Below, one piece after another: positions 63,738 to 64,000 of a stretch of 64,000 bases of DNA. The position numbers were made by a program, and so were the translations under genes. The stretch's first letter is position 1, and each line of letters begins with the position of its first letter. The stretch spans positions 21,080,001 to 21,144,000 of the forward strand of contig OX597824.1 of assembly GCA_951406725.2 (NCBI GenBank). The letters run 5' to 3'. This DNA is from Octopus vulgaris. Its lineage: Eukaryota. The notes below the pieces were generated by a model, which made no database searches, was not told where the DNA came from, and saw nothing but the letters and a program-made list of their open reading frames with translations.

Positions 63738-64000
63738 GAAGTGGCGAGCTGGCAGAAACGTTAGCATGCCGGGCGAAATGCGTAGCTATACTTTGTCTGC
63801 TGTTATGTTCTGAGTTCAAATTCCGCCTTTCATCCTTTCGGAGTCGATAAATTAAGTACCAGTTACGCACTGGGGTAGATGTAATCTACTTAATCTCTTT
63901 GCCTGTACTTCTATGTCCCCTCTATGTTTAGCCCCTTGTGGGTAGTAAAGAAATAGGTATTTCATCTGCCGCTGCGTTCTGAGTTCAAATTCTACCGATG
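63738..64000 (+). mobile_element. SINE family B dimer, cut by window edge
   Basis: Junction aaagaaata|ggtatttc at ~63955. Confidence 0.85.

Overview
AT-rich eukaryotic genomic DNA, almost certainly a coleoid cephalopod (Octopus-like, inferred from the SINE families and the very long TA/CA microsatellites). There is no intact protein-coding ORF. The window is mostly intronic/intergenic sequence saturated with mobile elements. These include at least five tRNA-derived SINE types; 5'-truncated LINEs (RTE, CR1-group, CRE); non-autonomous Helitrons; piggyBac-, Tigger-, mariner- and hAT-like DNA elements; and a Copia gag remnant. Several Penelope-like (PLE) footprints carry minimal hammerhead ribozyme motifs, and some are arranged as long palindromes inside (TA)n tracts. 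A repeat-poor, CpG-retaining block at ~37-41.8 kb has promoter and first-exon signals for a minus-strand host gene. The most interesting signals are: (i) the hammerhead-bearing palindromic PLE modules; (ii) a variable-copy 62-66 bp structured-RNA array in the RTE 3' UTR; (iii) SINE multimers joined at one fixed junction; (iv) direct SINE/LINE tail sharing; (v) a MITE flanked by a 131-bp duplication; and (vi) a unique-sequence inverted repeat with a perfectly matched core. All calls are by eye with no database searches; most boundaries are approximate.
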